Source of the DNA: a virus
Length of the DNA stretch: 64,000 nucleotides
Reading direction: 5' to 3' (one strand)
Virus record (IMG/VR): IMGVR_UViG_3300030118_007055
Location: 1 to 64,000 of that record
A program made the translations under genes and the position numbers. Positions 24,114-35,200 of this stretch are shown here, piece by piece (positions within the stretch are counted from its first letter, which is position 1; the number at the start of each line of letters is the position of its first letter). The notes below the pieces were generated by a model. That model worked only from the letters and a program-made list of their open reading frames with translations. It had not been told where the DNA came from and ran no database searches.

Positions 24114-26045
24114 ATGGCAGAAGAAGGTAAAAATATAGTAGCAAAAAATTTATTAGATTTGCAGCCCTCAGCTGTTTTAGAATTTTTTCAACTAACATTA
24201 ATAGATCCTAAAACTCAGACAGAGCAGCAAGTTTTTTTTCATGGGGGTAGCTTATTTGGAGGCAGTGTAACTTGGCAAGGTAATAAATATAGCGCAGTGC
24301 CTATAGAATGTGAGGGTTTTGAAGTTTTAGGAGATAGAACATTGCCCAGACCTAAGATTAGAGTATCTAATAATAATTTTTTAATCACTGCTTTACTGCA
24401 AAGATTTAACGATTTTGTAAATGGTAAAGTCACTAGGAAAAAAGCCTTTGTAAAGAATTTAGATGACGTTAACTTTGATGGAGGAAACCCTTGGAGCGAG
24501 GCTAATGCTGGAGCAGAGATATCATCACAAACTTGGATTATAGGTAGAAAAACACAAGAATCTAAACTTTTTGTTGAGTTTGAACTTAATTCACCCTTAG
24601 ATTTAGAATCATTTAATGTAAACGATAGAAGTATAGTCGCTAAATATTGTTTTTGGAAATATAGGGGGCAAGGTTGTAGATACGAGGGTTTACCAATCGA
24701 AACAGAGGGCGCGAAAGCTTTTAAAGATAAAGATGGCAATGCAGTTACTCCTACATTCACTACATCGCCAGACAGTGACCAAACATTTTTTTTCCAAAGC
24801 CCTGAAGCTGAGTGGCAAATCGATAAAAATTATCAAAAAGGTGATATAATATATGTAACTGGCGAACCTATTCCATCAATACTTTCGTCATCAACGGATG
24901 GAAATGCGCCTACACAGCCTAGTAAAACTGTTTATGTTTCTGTAAGCGGTAACAATTCAGGCAATCATCCAAATGAGGGGCCGTCATTTTGGCAAAAGGA
25001 TGTTTGTGCAAAAAATTTATCAGCGTGTCGTAAGAGATTTAATTTAAATAATCAATTTACATATATAGCTACAGCTACAGAAGCTACTGGTTTTAAAGTG
25101 ATGAACTTATCAGGTAATAAAATAGTGGATCAATCTGATGCGTTTAATGGCGCTGGTCTTTTTCATGGACCAAAAGTTACAGGAGCTTTGACTGGAGCTT
25201 TTACAATCATGGGATGGGTAAGCGGAAATAGTTTATCAAGTCAAAAATCATCCATTTTAAGCACTACATCTAGGGATAATTTGAATAATTTTTTTAATTT
25301 AAACAGAAAAGTCACTGAGGATGAGAGCAAAGTTAATGATATTGAATTTAGTTACCTTTTAAATGATTCTACAAATAACCCACCTTATGCTAACGCTAAT
25401 TATACTGTCGGTGAGGTTGATGCGGGATGGAATCTTTATGTGATAACTAATCAAAGCGATAAAAGCATTAGATATATTAATGAAAGTAGCCCTACAAGCT
25501 TTACCGTAAAACGGGACCAAGCGCCGTATCCTTTTATAAAATTTAAACAAACTTTAAATTTAACATATAGAAAAGAAAATCCAAGCTTTTTACCTGAGCA
25601 TTTTACTTTAGGCGGCATCCCTTTAGGAGATGGTAAACACGCTTCAATAAATGGCGCACTTGGTCCGTGGGCGATATGGAATAGAGCTTTATCTGACGTA
25701 GAAATAAATTATTTAAGAAAAGATGTTTATACTCCTGCTAAAGAAACAATTGATTTTATGCCTAGAAATTATTATGAAATCACAGGAGATTTTGGAGATG
25801 TTACTGGGGATAGTTTATTAGCATGGTGGGACATGTCAACTGGCCAAATAGGGTCAACAACTTACACTGGGCTACTTGATATTCATACAGGTGGTAATCA
25901 TTTAACTGGTTCAGGGTTTTTTGAGACTGGCTTTTATAACATAATTCGGAATGATCAAATCGTAGTCTCAAACCCTAGTAGTTACTATCCTAGATTTGGA
26001 GGTTTCCCAGGAACAGATGGATTTGGTTACTACAAAAGTTTATGA
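24114..26045 (+). CDS. lambda gpL-like tail tip protein with LamG-like insertion
   Basis: VTWQG..Y..VPIECEGFE..LPRPKI; CFWKYRGQGC...CAKNLSACRKRF (4 Cys); terminal FGGFPG. Confidence 0.85.
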   Translation: MAEEGKNIVAKNLLDLQPSAVLEFFQLTLIDPKTQTEQQVFFHGGSLFGGSVTWQGNKYSAVPIECEGFEVLGDRTLPRPKIRVSNNNFLITALLQRFNDFVNGKVTRKKAFVKNLDDVNFDGGNPWSEANAGAEISSQTWIIGRKTQESKLFVEFELNSPLDLESFNVNDRSIVAKYCFWKYRGQGCRYEGLPIETEGAKAFKDKDGNAVTPTFTTSPDSDQTFFFQSPEAEWQIDKNYQKGDIIYVTGEPIPSILSSSTDGNAPTQPSKTVYVSVSGNNSGNHPNEGPSFWQKDVCAKNLSACRKRFNLNNQFTYIATATEATGFKVMNLSGNKIVDQSDAFNGAGLFHGPKVTGALTGAFTIMGWVSGNSLSSQKSSILSTTSRDNLNNFFNLNRKVTEDESKVNDIEFSYLLNDSTNNPPYANANYTVGEVDAGWNLYVITNQSDKSIRYINESSPTSFTVKRDQAPYPFIKFKQTLNLTYRKENPSFLPEHFTLGGIPLGDGKHASINGALGPWAIWNRALSDVEINYLRKDVYTPAKETIDFMPRNYYEITGDFGDVTGDSLLAWWDMSTGQIGSTTYTGLLDIHTGGNHLTGSGFFETGFYNIIRNDQIVVSNPSSYYPRFGGFPGTDGFGYYKSL

Positions 26046-26440
26046 GTAAATTTAATTCTCCAAAAAGCGCTTTAGAGCATATAAAAATTTTATGTAATAA
26101 AAGTTTACGTAATGAAATATGTGGTTTTTTAGGTTATTGCCCAAAAAATAATGTTTTTGTTGTCAAAGAAGCAGACAATATAGCTGATGATCCTAAAAGT
26201 TTTTTCTTAATCGATCCTTTAGAATACCTATTATTTAAGGAGGAATATTCACTTTTGGCTATATACCACAGTCATTTGATTGGAGATGAAGAGCCATCAG
26301 ATTTTGATAAGAATATGTCTGAGAATTGTTGCTTGCCATTTTTAATATTTAGTTTAAACACACAAAAAATATATATTTATGAGCCACAAAATCCAGATTC
26401 AGATGTAAATACATTAGAAAGGATAAAGGCTTTAGTATGA
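26042..26440 (+). CDS. gpK-like JAB/MPN tail assembly protein
   Basis: NEICG, IYHSH, PSDFD. Confidence 0.85.
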   Translation: MSKFNSPKSALEHIKILCNKSLRNEICGFLGYCPKNNVFVVKEADNIADDPKSFFLIDPLEYLLFKEEYSLLAIYHSHLIGDEEPSDFDKNMSENCCLPFLIFSLNTQKIYIYEPQNPDSDVNTLERIKALV

Positions 26441-27081
26441 CCACTGTATATTTACATGGAATTTTAAAAAAAGAATATCAGGATTATTTTAAATTAAATT
26501 TAAATTATCCAAGTGATGTTGTTCGCGCTATAGACTGTAACAGACGAGGTTTTAAAGGTAGATTAAATGAGTTAAGTCTCCAAGGTTTTAACTATGCTAT
26601 TTTAATTAATAAAAAATTAATTAAATCATCTGACGAATTAAAGTCTTTTGGTTCTTGTGAAAGGATAGATTTAGTGCCAATGATAATTGGATCGGGTGGT
26701 GGTGTAGGTGCATTTATCGCGGGTATTTTTGGTCTAACTGGTACAGCCGCGACAATTGCAGCAGCTGTAGTCAACATTGGAATAGCTTTTTTGTTAACTC
26801 CTAAACCAGACTTAGGGTTACCCGCTGAACAAGATATATCAGCAACCAGTAATGCTAATAAAGAGTCTTATGTTTTTTCATCAAATGTAAACTTAGCTCA
26901 ACAAGGTAGTTTTTTACCTATAGGTTATGGTAGATTAAAAATAGGCTCATCAGTTATACAAACTTCAATAAAATCTTTCCCAGTCATTAAACCTGATAGC
27001 GAGGCACTGCAATCAGATAACTTTATTAACAAAGTTGCTGCTGAAAATGATTCATTTTCAGCTAATTCTTTTAATACCTAA
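26437..27081 (+). CDS. gpI-like tail assembly protein
   Basis: VYLHGIL...IDLVPMIIGSG...SYVFS..NLAQQG..PIGYGRL.IGS. Confidence 0.85.
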   Translation: MTTVYLHGILKKEYQDYFKLNLNYPSDVVRAIDCNRRGFKGRLNELSLQGFNYAILINKKLIKSSDELKSFGSCERIDLVPMIIGSGGGVGAFIAGIFGLTGTAATIAAAVVNIGIAFLLTPKPDLGLPAEQDISATSNANKESYVFSSNVNLAQQGSFLPIGYGRLKIGSSVIQTSIKSFPVIKPDSEALQSDNFINKVAAENDSFSANSFNT

Positions 27082-30000
27082 TGGATCATATAATTAAAAA
27101 AACAAAACTGGCTGGAGCAAATACGCCTATGTATAGACCTCCCAAACTTGGTGAGATGTCATATGGCGCATCTTATAGTTTTGTAGAAACTTTAGATTTG
27201 CTAAGCGATGGTCCAATAGCTGGTCTTGTCAACCAACAAGGTCAAATTGTTAGAGACGCTGATCTACTACAAGGTGTTTATTTAAATGACACACCAGTGG
27301 CTGTTAACACCCAACCACAAAAAGCAGTTGATAAAATTTTTGAAAATACAAAAACTTCTGCACAGGTAACTGGTCAAATTCACATTACGGGTTTTTTTAA
27401 TCAATTAAATGGTAAAGACCCAACATCTTTGATAGTTGAACCAATTGGGCAAACAGCGCACACTGCGTTTAGCTCAACCAATTTAAGCGCGACGGCAGGT
27501 ATTGCTCCAAATTGGTCACATCTCAATAGCGCAGAAAGTAAAGTTCATAATGATTCAACTGAGGTAAATGTCAGTAATGCTTTTTTATATGGCTCAGTTG
27601 TGCATCATATAGCCGACAGATCTCTTAAAGGAAGTATGGTTAGCGTTAAAAATGATTTTAAAGCACATAATAATTTGTTTGGCCTTTACATGGGAAATAC
27701 CCCCAGGAGCACAAGTGATAGAAAATTAGAATATATAAGCGGATTTGAGCCGACTGCGCCAAATGCAATATTAGAGAGGAAATCAAAGAAAGGAGGACCA
27801 AGCGCACAGGCTAATTATAAATCTTATTTAATTTATTCTGATTTACAAGATGTATCAAAATCTATTAATACGACTAAAAGTTCATTCGCATCATCAGGCA
27901 CTATAACTTTCACCGATGGCGTTTATACTTTTACAAATGCAGCTGTAAATGGATTTATTCAAGAAACTGATAATACTAATATAGTTGAGGGTAGAGTTTA
28001 CAGAGTTCAATTCACTATTTTTGATTACTCTTCAGGTGCGATCAAAGTACGTCACCCTTTCAATAGCGCTAACGTTAGCGGCGATGGCAAATTCACCTTC
28101 ACGGCAGTAGCCACTTCAAGCGGTACTGACGCTGGGAAATTTATGCTGATGGTTCAAACTGCCGCAGCAAATTTTAAAGTTAAAGATATTTCTATATGTG
28201 AAATAGTTGAAAAAGTTCCAGATAATTACAAATTTTTGTTTGGTTTTGGTAAGCGAGGTCTTGAGAACATACCATCTAGAGGTCTAAAGTTTGAAAGAAG
28301 AAAATCTACTGATTCAAATAAAAATTTTAATTTTTTCACAAACCCAATAAAAGATACATCGTCTAACTCGAACTCTATATTTGAATTGACAAAAGTTTTA
28401 AGTGATGAATTTGCGACGATGTCTAATCTGAAAGCTGAGGGTGAGAGCAATACCGCAAATGGTGGTAAATATCAATCTCAGTTAGTGGATCAAGTTTTCG
28501 AGCGATTCACGAATGTACAAAGTTTGTCAGTTGAGTTCAATGGCGAAGCGGAAAGCTGGAAAAAATCTTTAGATAGTTTTTTCAGGAGAATTGATAAAGA
28601 TGCTTTTATAGTTTATAGACCTTTTACAAGCCAGCCAAATTTAAATTTTTCTTTGATAGACCCAAACTCACCAAAGATAAATGATTTTGAAAGTAATTTT
28701 ACTTACCAAGGTTTAATGGATTATGAGTTTAACTTTCAAAGCTCTGAATTATCTGATGGTATTAATTTAAAAGATTTTGCCTTAGCTAATAAAGAACAAA
28801 TAGAAGTTTTTGATTTTGTTCTACCTAAAATTGATAATAATGGAACTTTGTCTCAAGAAGTTGTTGGGTTTTATTTGATAGCTTTAAAGTCAGAATCATC
28901 TAGTAGCACAGATGAAAAAAGAGGAAAAGGCCAAAAGTATGATTTCACCACTCACTTCCATGGATTTAATCAAAATGTTGTAAATATATTAAAGAACATT
29001 ACGACTTTTAAATATCAACAATCTACTGCATTTAGTTCTAGTATTTTATCTAATCTTAATTCACAAAAATTTAATTACTCAAATGTTTTAGCTGAGTTAA
29101 AATTAGGAACGGAGCTTCAACAGCCTTTTAAATTTTTTAATAAAATTTATATTGATAAAATATATAACGAAAAACTTTTTGGACCATTTAGGCAAGAAGG
29201 TAATGTTCAAAGAATAATTTCTAATGAAAAAATGCTCTCAAAAAATGATTTTGAGACTCAATTAAGTGAAAGTGATGTAGAGGGTAGTCAAGATGAAAGG
29301 AAGGCAGATGGCAGTGCTGGCGAGATAAAATTTTTAAATTATTCTCAATGGGCTGATAATCTTAACCCTAGTTTTGATGAAGAAGCGTCTCCAATAACTC
29401 ACACCATTTATAATCCAAATGTAGATGAGGTTTATGTCACTTTGTTATTAGAGTCTTTAAAAGATACTTTACATAAAGAAGTTCGTCCAGATGCTTTAAA
29501 AGATGAGACTTTTGCTGCTGATAAAAAAATAGAACCAGCTAATACTTATCCATCCTTATTAGAAGTAAGAATAACAACAGGAACAGTTGACCCAAGAACT
29601 AATAAAAAAACTCCTAATGGTGAAGTAAGAGATTACAGATTTGTAGCGTTAATTAATACTCCTACTTTAGTAGATTTAGGTAATCCAGAGTCTTCTCCTA
29701 TGGACTTCCCTTGGATAAAATTAGGCAGTTTTCAAGATTCAGGAGCTGAAACAAATAAGATAAACACGCCTATAAGCTTGCCACCAGCACTGTTAGTGGA
29801 TAGAGCGGGTGTTGGCGAAGGTAATGAGTTACTTCCTCATAGGTATGTTGAGATTAAAAAAATATCCTGCGAAACAAATTCTGTTTTAATTGATAAAGAT
29901 GTAAAATTAAAAAGTGTTACTGAAATAATTCCAGTCAACTTGACTTATCCTTTTTCTGCGATAGTAGGCACTAAAATAGATTCAAGAACGGTTGATAACA

Positions 30001-32243
30001 TACCTGACAGAACTTTTGATTGCAAATTAAAATTAGTTAGAGTCCCAAGCAACTACCACCCATTAAGAGCTAATGGACAGGATAAGAGATACTATGCTAC
30101 TGAGCAAGAATTCAATAATGCTACAGAGAATCAAAAGAGAGTTTACATTGGAGATTGGGATGGCACTTTTAATCAAGAATTACAATGGACTGATAATCCA
30201 GCTTGGATAGTTTATGATTTACTAACTAATAAACGTTATGGGATGGGGCAGCATTTAGACAAAAATAAAATAAATGTTTGGGAATTATATAAGATTGGTA
30301 GATTTTGTGATGCAGTAAATGAAAAAGGTGTTTTTGTTGGAGTTCCCGATGGACAAGGTGGACTTGAACCTCGGTTTTCATGCAATATCCTCTTTAAACA
30401 AAATGAAAAAATATATGATGTTATAAACACTGTAGTATCTTTATTTAGAGGTAGTGTCTTTTTTGGAGATGATGAAATAAATTTTGTAGATGATAGACCA
30501 AGGAGTTTTATAAATTTAATCACAAATGAGTCAGTAAAAGGTGGGTCATTTACATATTCTAATAATAGGAGAGATCAGGTATATAATGTCATAGAGATAA
30601 GTTATAATGACAGATTTGATAATTTTTTACCAAAAATAGAAACCGTAGAAGACGAAGAAGATATACGTAGAAGAGGTGTATTTAAAACTAGAATTCAAGG
30701 TGTTGGCATAACATCAAGAGGAATGGCAAGGAGAGCTGCTCTCCATCACATGTTCCACAAAATAAATGAAAATCAAACTGTGTCATTTGTGGCTGGGTTG
30801 CCAACTATGCTATCACAACCTGGAGATTTAATCAACATAGAGGACGAATTAAAGACCAATAGTATTAGTTTTGGTAAAGTTTTAGGTGTTAATGCTGATA
30901 CACAGGAGATAAGAATTAGTAATACATTTGTTCCCAGTGAGATGACTGGCAACTTAACTATTTATAACCCAACAGGGATTGATACTATTTCATCAATAAA
31001 TAGTTTAGCTGCTAAAAATAGACAGAGATTAGTTGGCGGTTTTACCATAAGCGGTAATTTATCAAGTAACAGCGCAACCTCTACATGGACTGATAATTTT
31101 ACAGGTAATTATGATTTTTCTGGTTATAGACAAGGATATACTGGAGTTGAGGGCGGTTTTGAAGAATACGCAACATACACTGGCACTGGTTCTAATGTTT
31201 TATATTTTGACCCAAGTCTAACTGGATGGGTTTATAGTATTGGCGGTAGCTTTGAAAAGGATAATAGCTTTGCCAAATTTATTAGTGAAACTACAACAAT
31301 AGAGAAAAACACTTATCTAAGCGCTCTAAGTACGGGTGTTCTTGCTAATTATGATACCTCCACAGCGACTAATAGAGGAGTAGATAGATTTAGTGGTAGC
31401 GGAGCTTTTTCTGGCAGTATGTTACCTTCAGATGATGTCATTTATACTAAAGGTATATTAGAATCAGAAATAAGTATAACATCTCCATCTCAAATATCAG
31501 TACTCAATTTAACTGGAACTACTAATCCAATAAATCAAAATTATGGAACATTAGTATCGGGAGTAAAGAGTTCTCAAACTGGTTTATTAAATAACATAGT
31601 GATAGGAAGCCCTTGCAAATTTGAAATATCAGGAGCGTCTCCTACCACTTTTAAAATAATGGATATTAGAGAGGAAAACCCTAATGAATTTACTGTTACC
31701 GCAAATCTTTATGATACTGGTAAATATGATTTAATAGAAAAAAATATTAGTATTGAAAAACTAGCTAATACTTTCAGTTATCAAAAAGCTTCCACTCAAG
31801 TAAATAATTTAACTTATCATACATTATCTCCAGTTACCGCGCTAACATTGACAACTGGCACTGGGGTTGAAGATCCAAATTCAAGCTTCTCAATAACTGG
31901 CACTTGGTCAGATCCAAACGGCTCTAACTCAACTGGTTATTTAGTTGAGTTAACAGATCCTACATTATATGTAAACTCTCAAAACGTTGCAACTGCGACT
32001 GCGGCTTTTGATGGATTAGATACAATGGGAACTTACACATTAAAAGTTCAAGCATTAGGCGCTGCGAGTAGTGCTTTAAATTTTGATAGTTCTAACTTAA
32101 ATGCATATTACAATTCCGCTTTTTCAAACACATCTAAATTCATAATCGTTGACGATTTAGTAACTTTTGATTCATCGTTTTTAGAAGGTTTCACAATTGA
32201 GCCTGTAAGAAGAGGCGATATTACAATTTTTGTTCAAGAATAA
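27081..32243 (+). CDS. gpJ-like central tail fibre / host-specificity protein
   Basis: LDLLSDGPIAGL, YPFSAIVG, WDGTF..WTDNPAW, RYGMG, EPRFSCN, PGDLINIED. Confidence 0.9.
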   Translation: MDHIIKKTKLAGANTPMYRPPKLGEMSYGASYSFVETLDLLSDGPIAGLVNQQGQIVRDADLLQGVYLNDTPVAVNTQPQKAVDKIFENTKTSAQVTGQIHITGFFNQLNGKDPTSLIVEPIGQTAHTAFSSTNLSATAGIAPNWSHLNSAESKVHNDSTEVNVSNAFLYGSVVHHIADRSLKGSMVSVKNDFKAHNNLFGLYMGNTPRSTSDRKLEYISGFEPTAPNAILERKSKKGGPSAQANYKSYLIYSDLQDVSKSINTTKSSFASSGTITFTDGVYTFTNAAVNGFIQETDNTNIVEGRVYRVQFTIFDYSSGAIKVRHPFNSANVSGDGKFTFTAVATSSGTDAGKFMLMVQTAAANFKVKDISICEIVEKVPDNYKFLFGFGKRGLENIPSRGLKFERRKSTDSNKNFNFFTNPIKDTSSNSNSIFELTKVLSDEFATMSNLKAEGESNTANGGKYQSQLVDQVFERFTNVQSLSVEFNGEAESWKKSLDSFFRRIDKDAFIVYRPFTSQPNLNFSLIDPNSPKINDFESNFTYQGLMDYEFNFQSSELSDGINLKDFALANKEQIEVFDFVLPKIDNNGTLSQEVVGFYLIALKSESSSSTDEKRGKGQKYDFTTHFHGFNQNVVNILKNITTFKYQQSTAFSSSILSNLNSQKFNYSNVLAELKLGTELQQPFKFFNKIYIDKIYNEKLFGPFRQEGNVQRIISNEKMLSKNDFETQLSESDVEGSQDERKADGSAGEIKFLNYSQWADNLNPSFDEEASPITHTIYNPNVDEVYVTLLLESLKDTLHKEVRPDALKDETFAADKKIEPANTYPSLLEVRITTGTVDPRTNKKTPNGEVRDYRFVALINTPTLVDLGNPESSPMDFPWIKLGSFQDSGAETNKINTPISLPPALLVDRAGVGEGNELLPHRYVEIKKISCETNSVLIDKDVKLKSVTEIIPVNLTYPFSAIVGTKIDSRTVDNIPDRTFDCKLKLVRVPSNYHPLRANGQDKRYYATEQEFNNATENQKRVYIGDWDGTFNQELQWTDNPAWIVYDLLTNKRYGMGQHLDKNKINVWELYKIGRFCDAVNEKGVFVGVPDGQGGLEPRFSCNILFKQNEKIYDVINTVVSLFRGSVFFGDDEINFVDDRPRSFINLITNESVKGGSFTYSNNRRDQVYNVIEISYNDRFDNFLPKIETVEDEEDIRRRGVFKTRIQGVGITSRGMARRAALHHMFHKINENQTVSFVAGLPTMLSQPGDLINIEDELKTNSISFGKVLGVNADTQEIRISNTFVPSEMTGNLTIYNPTGIDTISSINSLAAKNRQRLVGGFTISGNLSSNSATSTWTDNFTGNYDFSGYRQGYTGVEGGFEEYATYTGTGSNVLYFDPSLTGWVYSIGGSFEKDNSFAKFISETTTIEKNTYLSALSTGVLANYDTSTATNRGVDRFSGSGAFSGSMLPSDDVIYTKGILESEISITSPSQISVLNLTGTTNPINQNYGTLVSGVKSSQTGLLNNIVIGSPCKFEISGASPTTFKIMDIREENPNEFTVTANLYDTGKYDLIEKNISIEKLANTFSYQKASTQVNNLTYHTLSPVTALTLTTGTGVEDPNSSFSITGTWSDPNGSNSTGYLVELTDPTLYVNSQNVATATAAFDGLDTMGTYTLKVQALGAASSALNFDSSNLNAYYNSAFSNTSKFIIVDDLVTFDSSFLEGFTIEPVRRGDITIFVQE

Positions 32244-35200
32244 ATGGCTACAATAAACATATTAGATACAAGCTCGACTGGTTTTATACCTTATTATGAT
32301 GAGGCGTTTACAGAATTTATAAAAGCCACTGGCGCTGGTAAAATTTATAATGGCTCTGGTTTGTATGACTCATTTCTAATTGGAATGAGCAAAGACATTG
32401 CAGACATAACCCCAACCATAAGTGGAACTCTTTCAGAATCTTTAACATTTGCATCTGGAAACACTATAGGCACAGTTGATATAAGAGGTACTGGTGATAA
32501 TTATTTTAATGGCCTTACTGGGTCAACATTTACTGGTCAAAGTTTAGACCCTAGCTCTACGTACTTTCATGGTTTATATGCTAGGATGACTGGTGTTCCA
32601 GGTATAGGAGGTGGTGTTGCAACTGGTATTTTAGGTTCTGGAGCAGATGCGACATCTTTTTCAAGTGGTTTATATAGTGGTTCATTTACAACTGACGCAA
32701 GGATATACAATTTTGATACTATATATAATACTGGCACTCAAAGTGGTAGTGGAATTTTTTTAGAAAAAAGCTCAGTAATAGGTTTATCAATATTTGATAG
32801 ACTAGGTGAAGATATAGATACAAATGAGGAGTTTATAGGCAATCCTTTTATATCAGGAGTTCACATAGATATTATGAACTCTGACGGGTCTATAGCAAAG
32901 TCTGGGTTTTTATCTGGATATAGACAAGCTGAATTTGTTTTTGGTGAAGGTGATAACGTAAATATATTTGGTTCTTTTGCCACGGACTATGGAATAAGAA
33001 CTAGAATAGTAAGTTTTGACGAAGACATCTCCACAGGTAATATATTTTTACATGGCAATAGAGTTGAAATTAATTCTATAAATGTTGTAGATGGGACAGG
33101 TTCATTTTTAGATGAAAATCCAATAAATTTCATAGCACCCAATACTGGCTTATCTAATGCGTTACCTTTTACAAATCGTCAAAAAATAAGTGATTATAAT
33201 ATAAGTGGAGCTATATCACTCAACCTAAAATTTGAGCCGACTAGAGCTAAGTTCAAGGATGTTCAAATTTTTGCAACTAGCGGAGATATTGAATCTTTAG
33301 TTTTAGACTCTAAATCTTTAATTAAAACACAACCAATATTTGGTCGCGTTGCTCCAATAAGATTAGTTAGCGATGATGGCTTAGATGCGAATAGGGATTA
33401 CAATTTTAAAATAATTCCTAGCTCTGATGTTGCTACTGGTAGACCTTGGGTTATTGGTCCTTATAGAATTGCAGAAAAGAAATTAGCGAATACGAATCCA
33501 ATTTTTTCTAATGTAGGATTTCCTCAAAACATTGAAAGTAAAATAGGTTTTGGTACAAGTGTGCCACCTGAATCTAATACTTTAGAAGTATATGGAACAG
33601 CTGCGGGAGCAACATCGCCATCAATAGTCGTTGGAATAGGCACAACAACGACCACCGCCACTGTTGGAATAGGAACCTCCACTGCCCCTACTGGCAAAAA
33701 TACTTTTGAGGTGGTAGGTATAGGTTCAACAGCGCCATCACTTGTAATTGGTACAGGAAGCGCAACCGCTGGTGTAGGAATCGGTACAACGGAAGCGCCG
33801 ACGGGTAACACTTTAGAAGTCGTTGGTTTAGGAACGACATCGCCATCAATCGTTGTCGGCATCGGATCAACGGCTACTGCGACCGTCGGTATCGGCACAA
33901 GTGCAGCGCCTACTGGTAAAAACACGTTGGAGGTTGTGGGTATCGGAAGTACGATCCCATCTTTAATTGTGGGTTCAGGTAGCGGAACAGCAGGAGTTGG
34001 CATAGGAACAACTCAATTATCATCAACTGGTAATACTTTAGAGGTTGTTGGTATTGGATCAACAATTCCATCTATCGCTGTTTCATGCGGAATCGGATCA
34101 ACAGCGGGTTTTGTTGGCATCGGTTCATCTGACCCAAGTTTTCCATTAGATGCCTCTACCATATCAAAGGCAAATATAGCCGCAGCAAATAGTTTTATTT
34201 TTTCTACTGGCTCAGCAATATTTGGAGGCGCTAATCATATTATAAGTGGAGACTTTAACGTAATAGCTGGAGGCTCAAAAGGTCAAATCTCAGGAAATAA
34301 TTTTAACTTTATTGGTGGGGGTACAGGGGTAAATGTAGACTTGAGTCAATTCTCATCGAGTATTGGAGGTTTTGACAATGATATAAATAATGGAAGTTAC
34401 TCAGTTATAGGTGGAGGTAGGCAGAACCTTATTAGTGGAGTAGATGGAGAATCTCACTCTGATAACAGTGCCATATTAGGAGGACAGGAAAACAAAATAG
34501 TCGCTGCTCCATATGGATTTATAGGTGGTGGGGCTAACCACTTGATAACTGGCTCAACGTCTATTTATAGTGCAATATTAGGTGGTAATAATAACCAAAT
34601 AAAACAATCTCAATTTGGTGTAATTCTAGGTGGAGATGGTAGTAAAATTACACATGCAAACCATGCTCTAACAGCTGGTAATTTTTCTACAGTACAATCA
34701 GGGCATAATGGAGCTTTTGTTTTATCTGATTCAAGAAGTGCAGAATATACATCTAGTGGTGCTAACACTTTAAATTTAAGATTTCAAAGTGGATTATTTT
34801 TAGACACTGATAGTGGTATTTTTATTAATGGTAATCCAGTAGTAACTGGAGATAACTCCTCAGATGTAGATACTTTACAAACTGTTACTAGTAGAGGCGC
34901 AACCACGACTAATGATATAACAGTTGCCGATCTACTTGTTCAAAATGATGGACAAGTAAGAGCAAATGGCGCTGGCGGTTTAACCCTTGGGAATACAAAT
35001 GGAGGAACAATTTTTGTAAGTGGAACTTCAGCTAAAAGCGTAATCACACCTAGAGTTAATCATCTTTATTTACAATCAAATAGAGATGAAGATGACATCA
35101 TTTTCCAAGCAGGAGAAGCTGATGTGGAAATGGCAAGGTTTGATTCCGCAAATCAAAGGTTTGGTATAGGGACAAATAATCCACAAGAAAAATTACATGT

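Noticed and set aside
33524-34003. 159-aa antisense Pro/Val repeat ORF
   Set aside because: Mirror of the fibre repeats.
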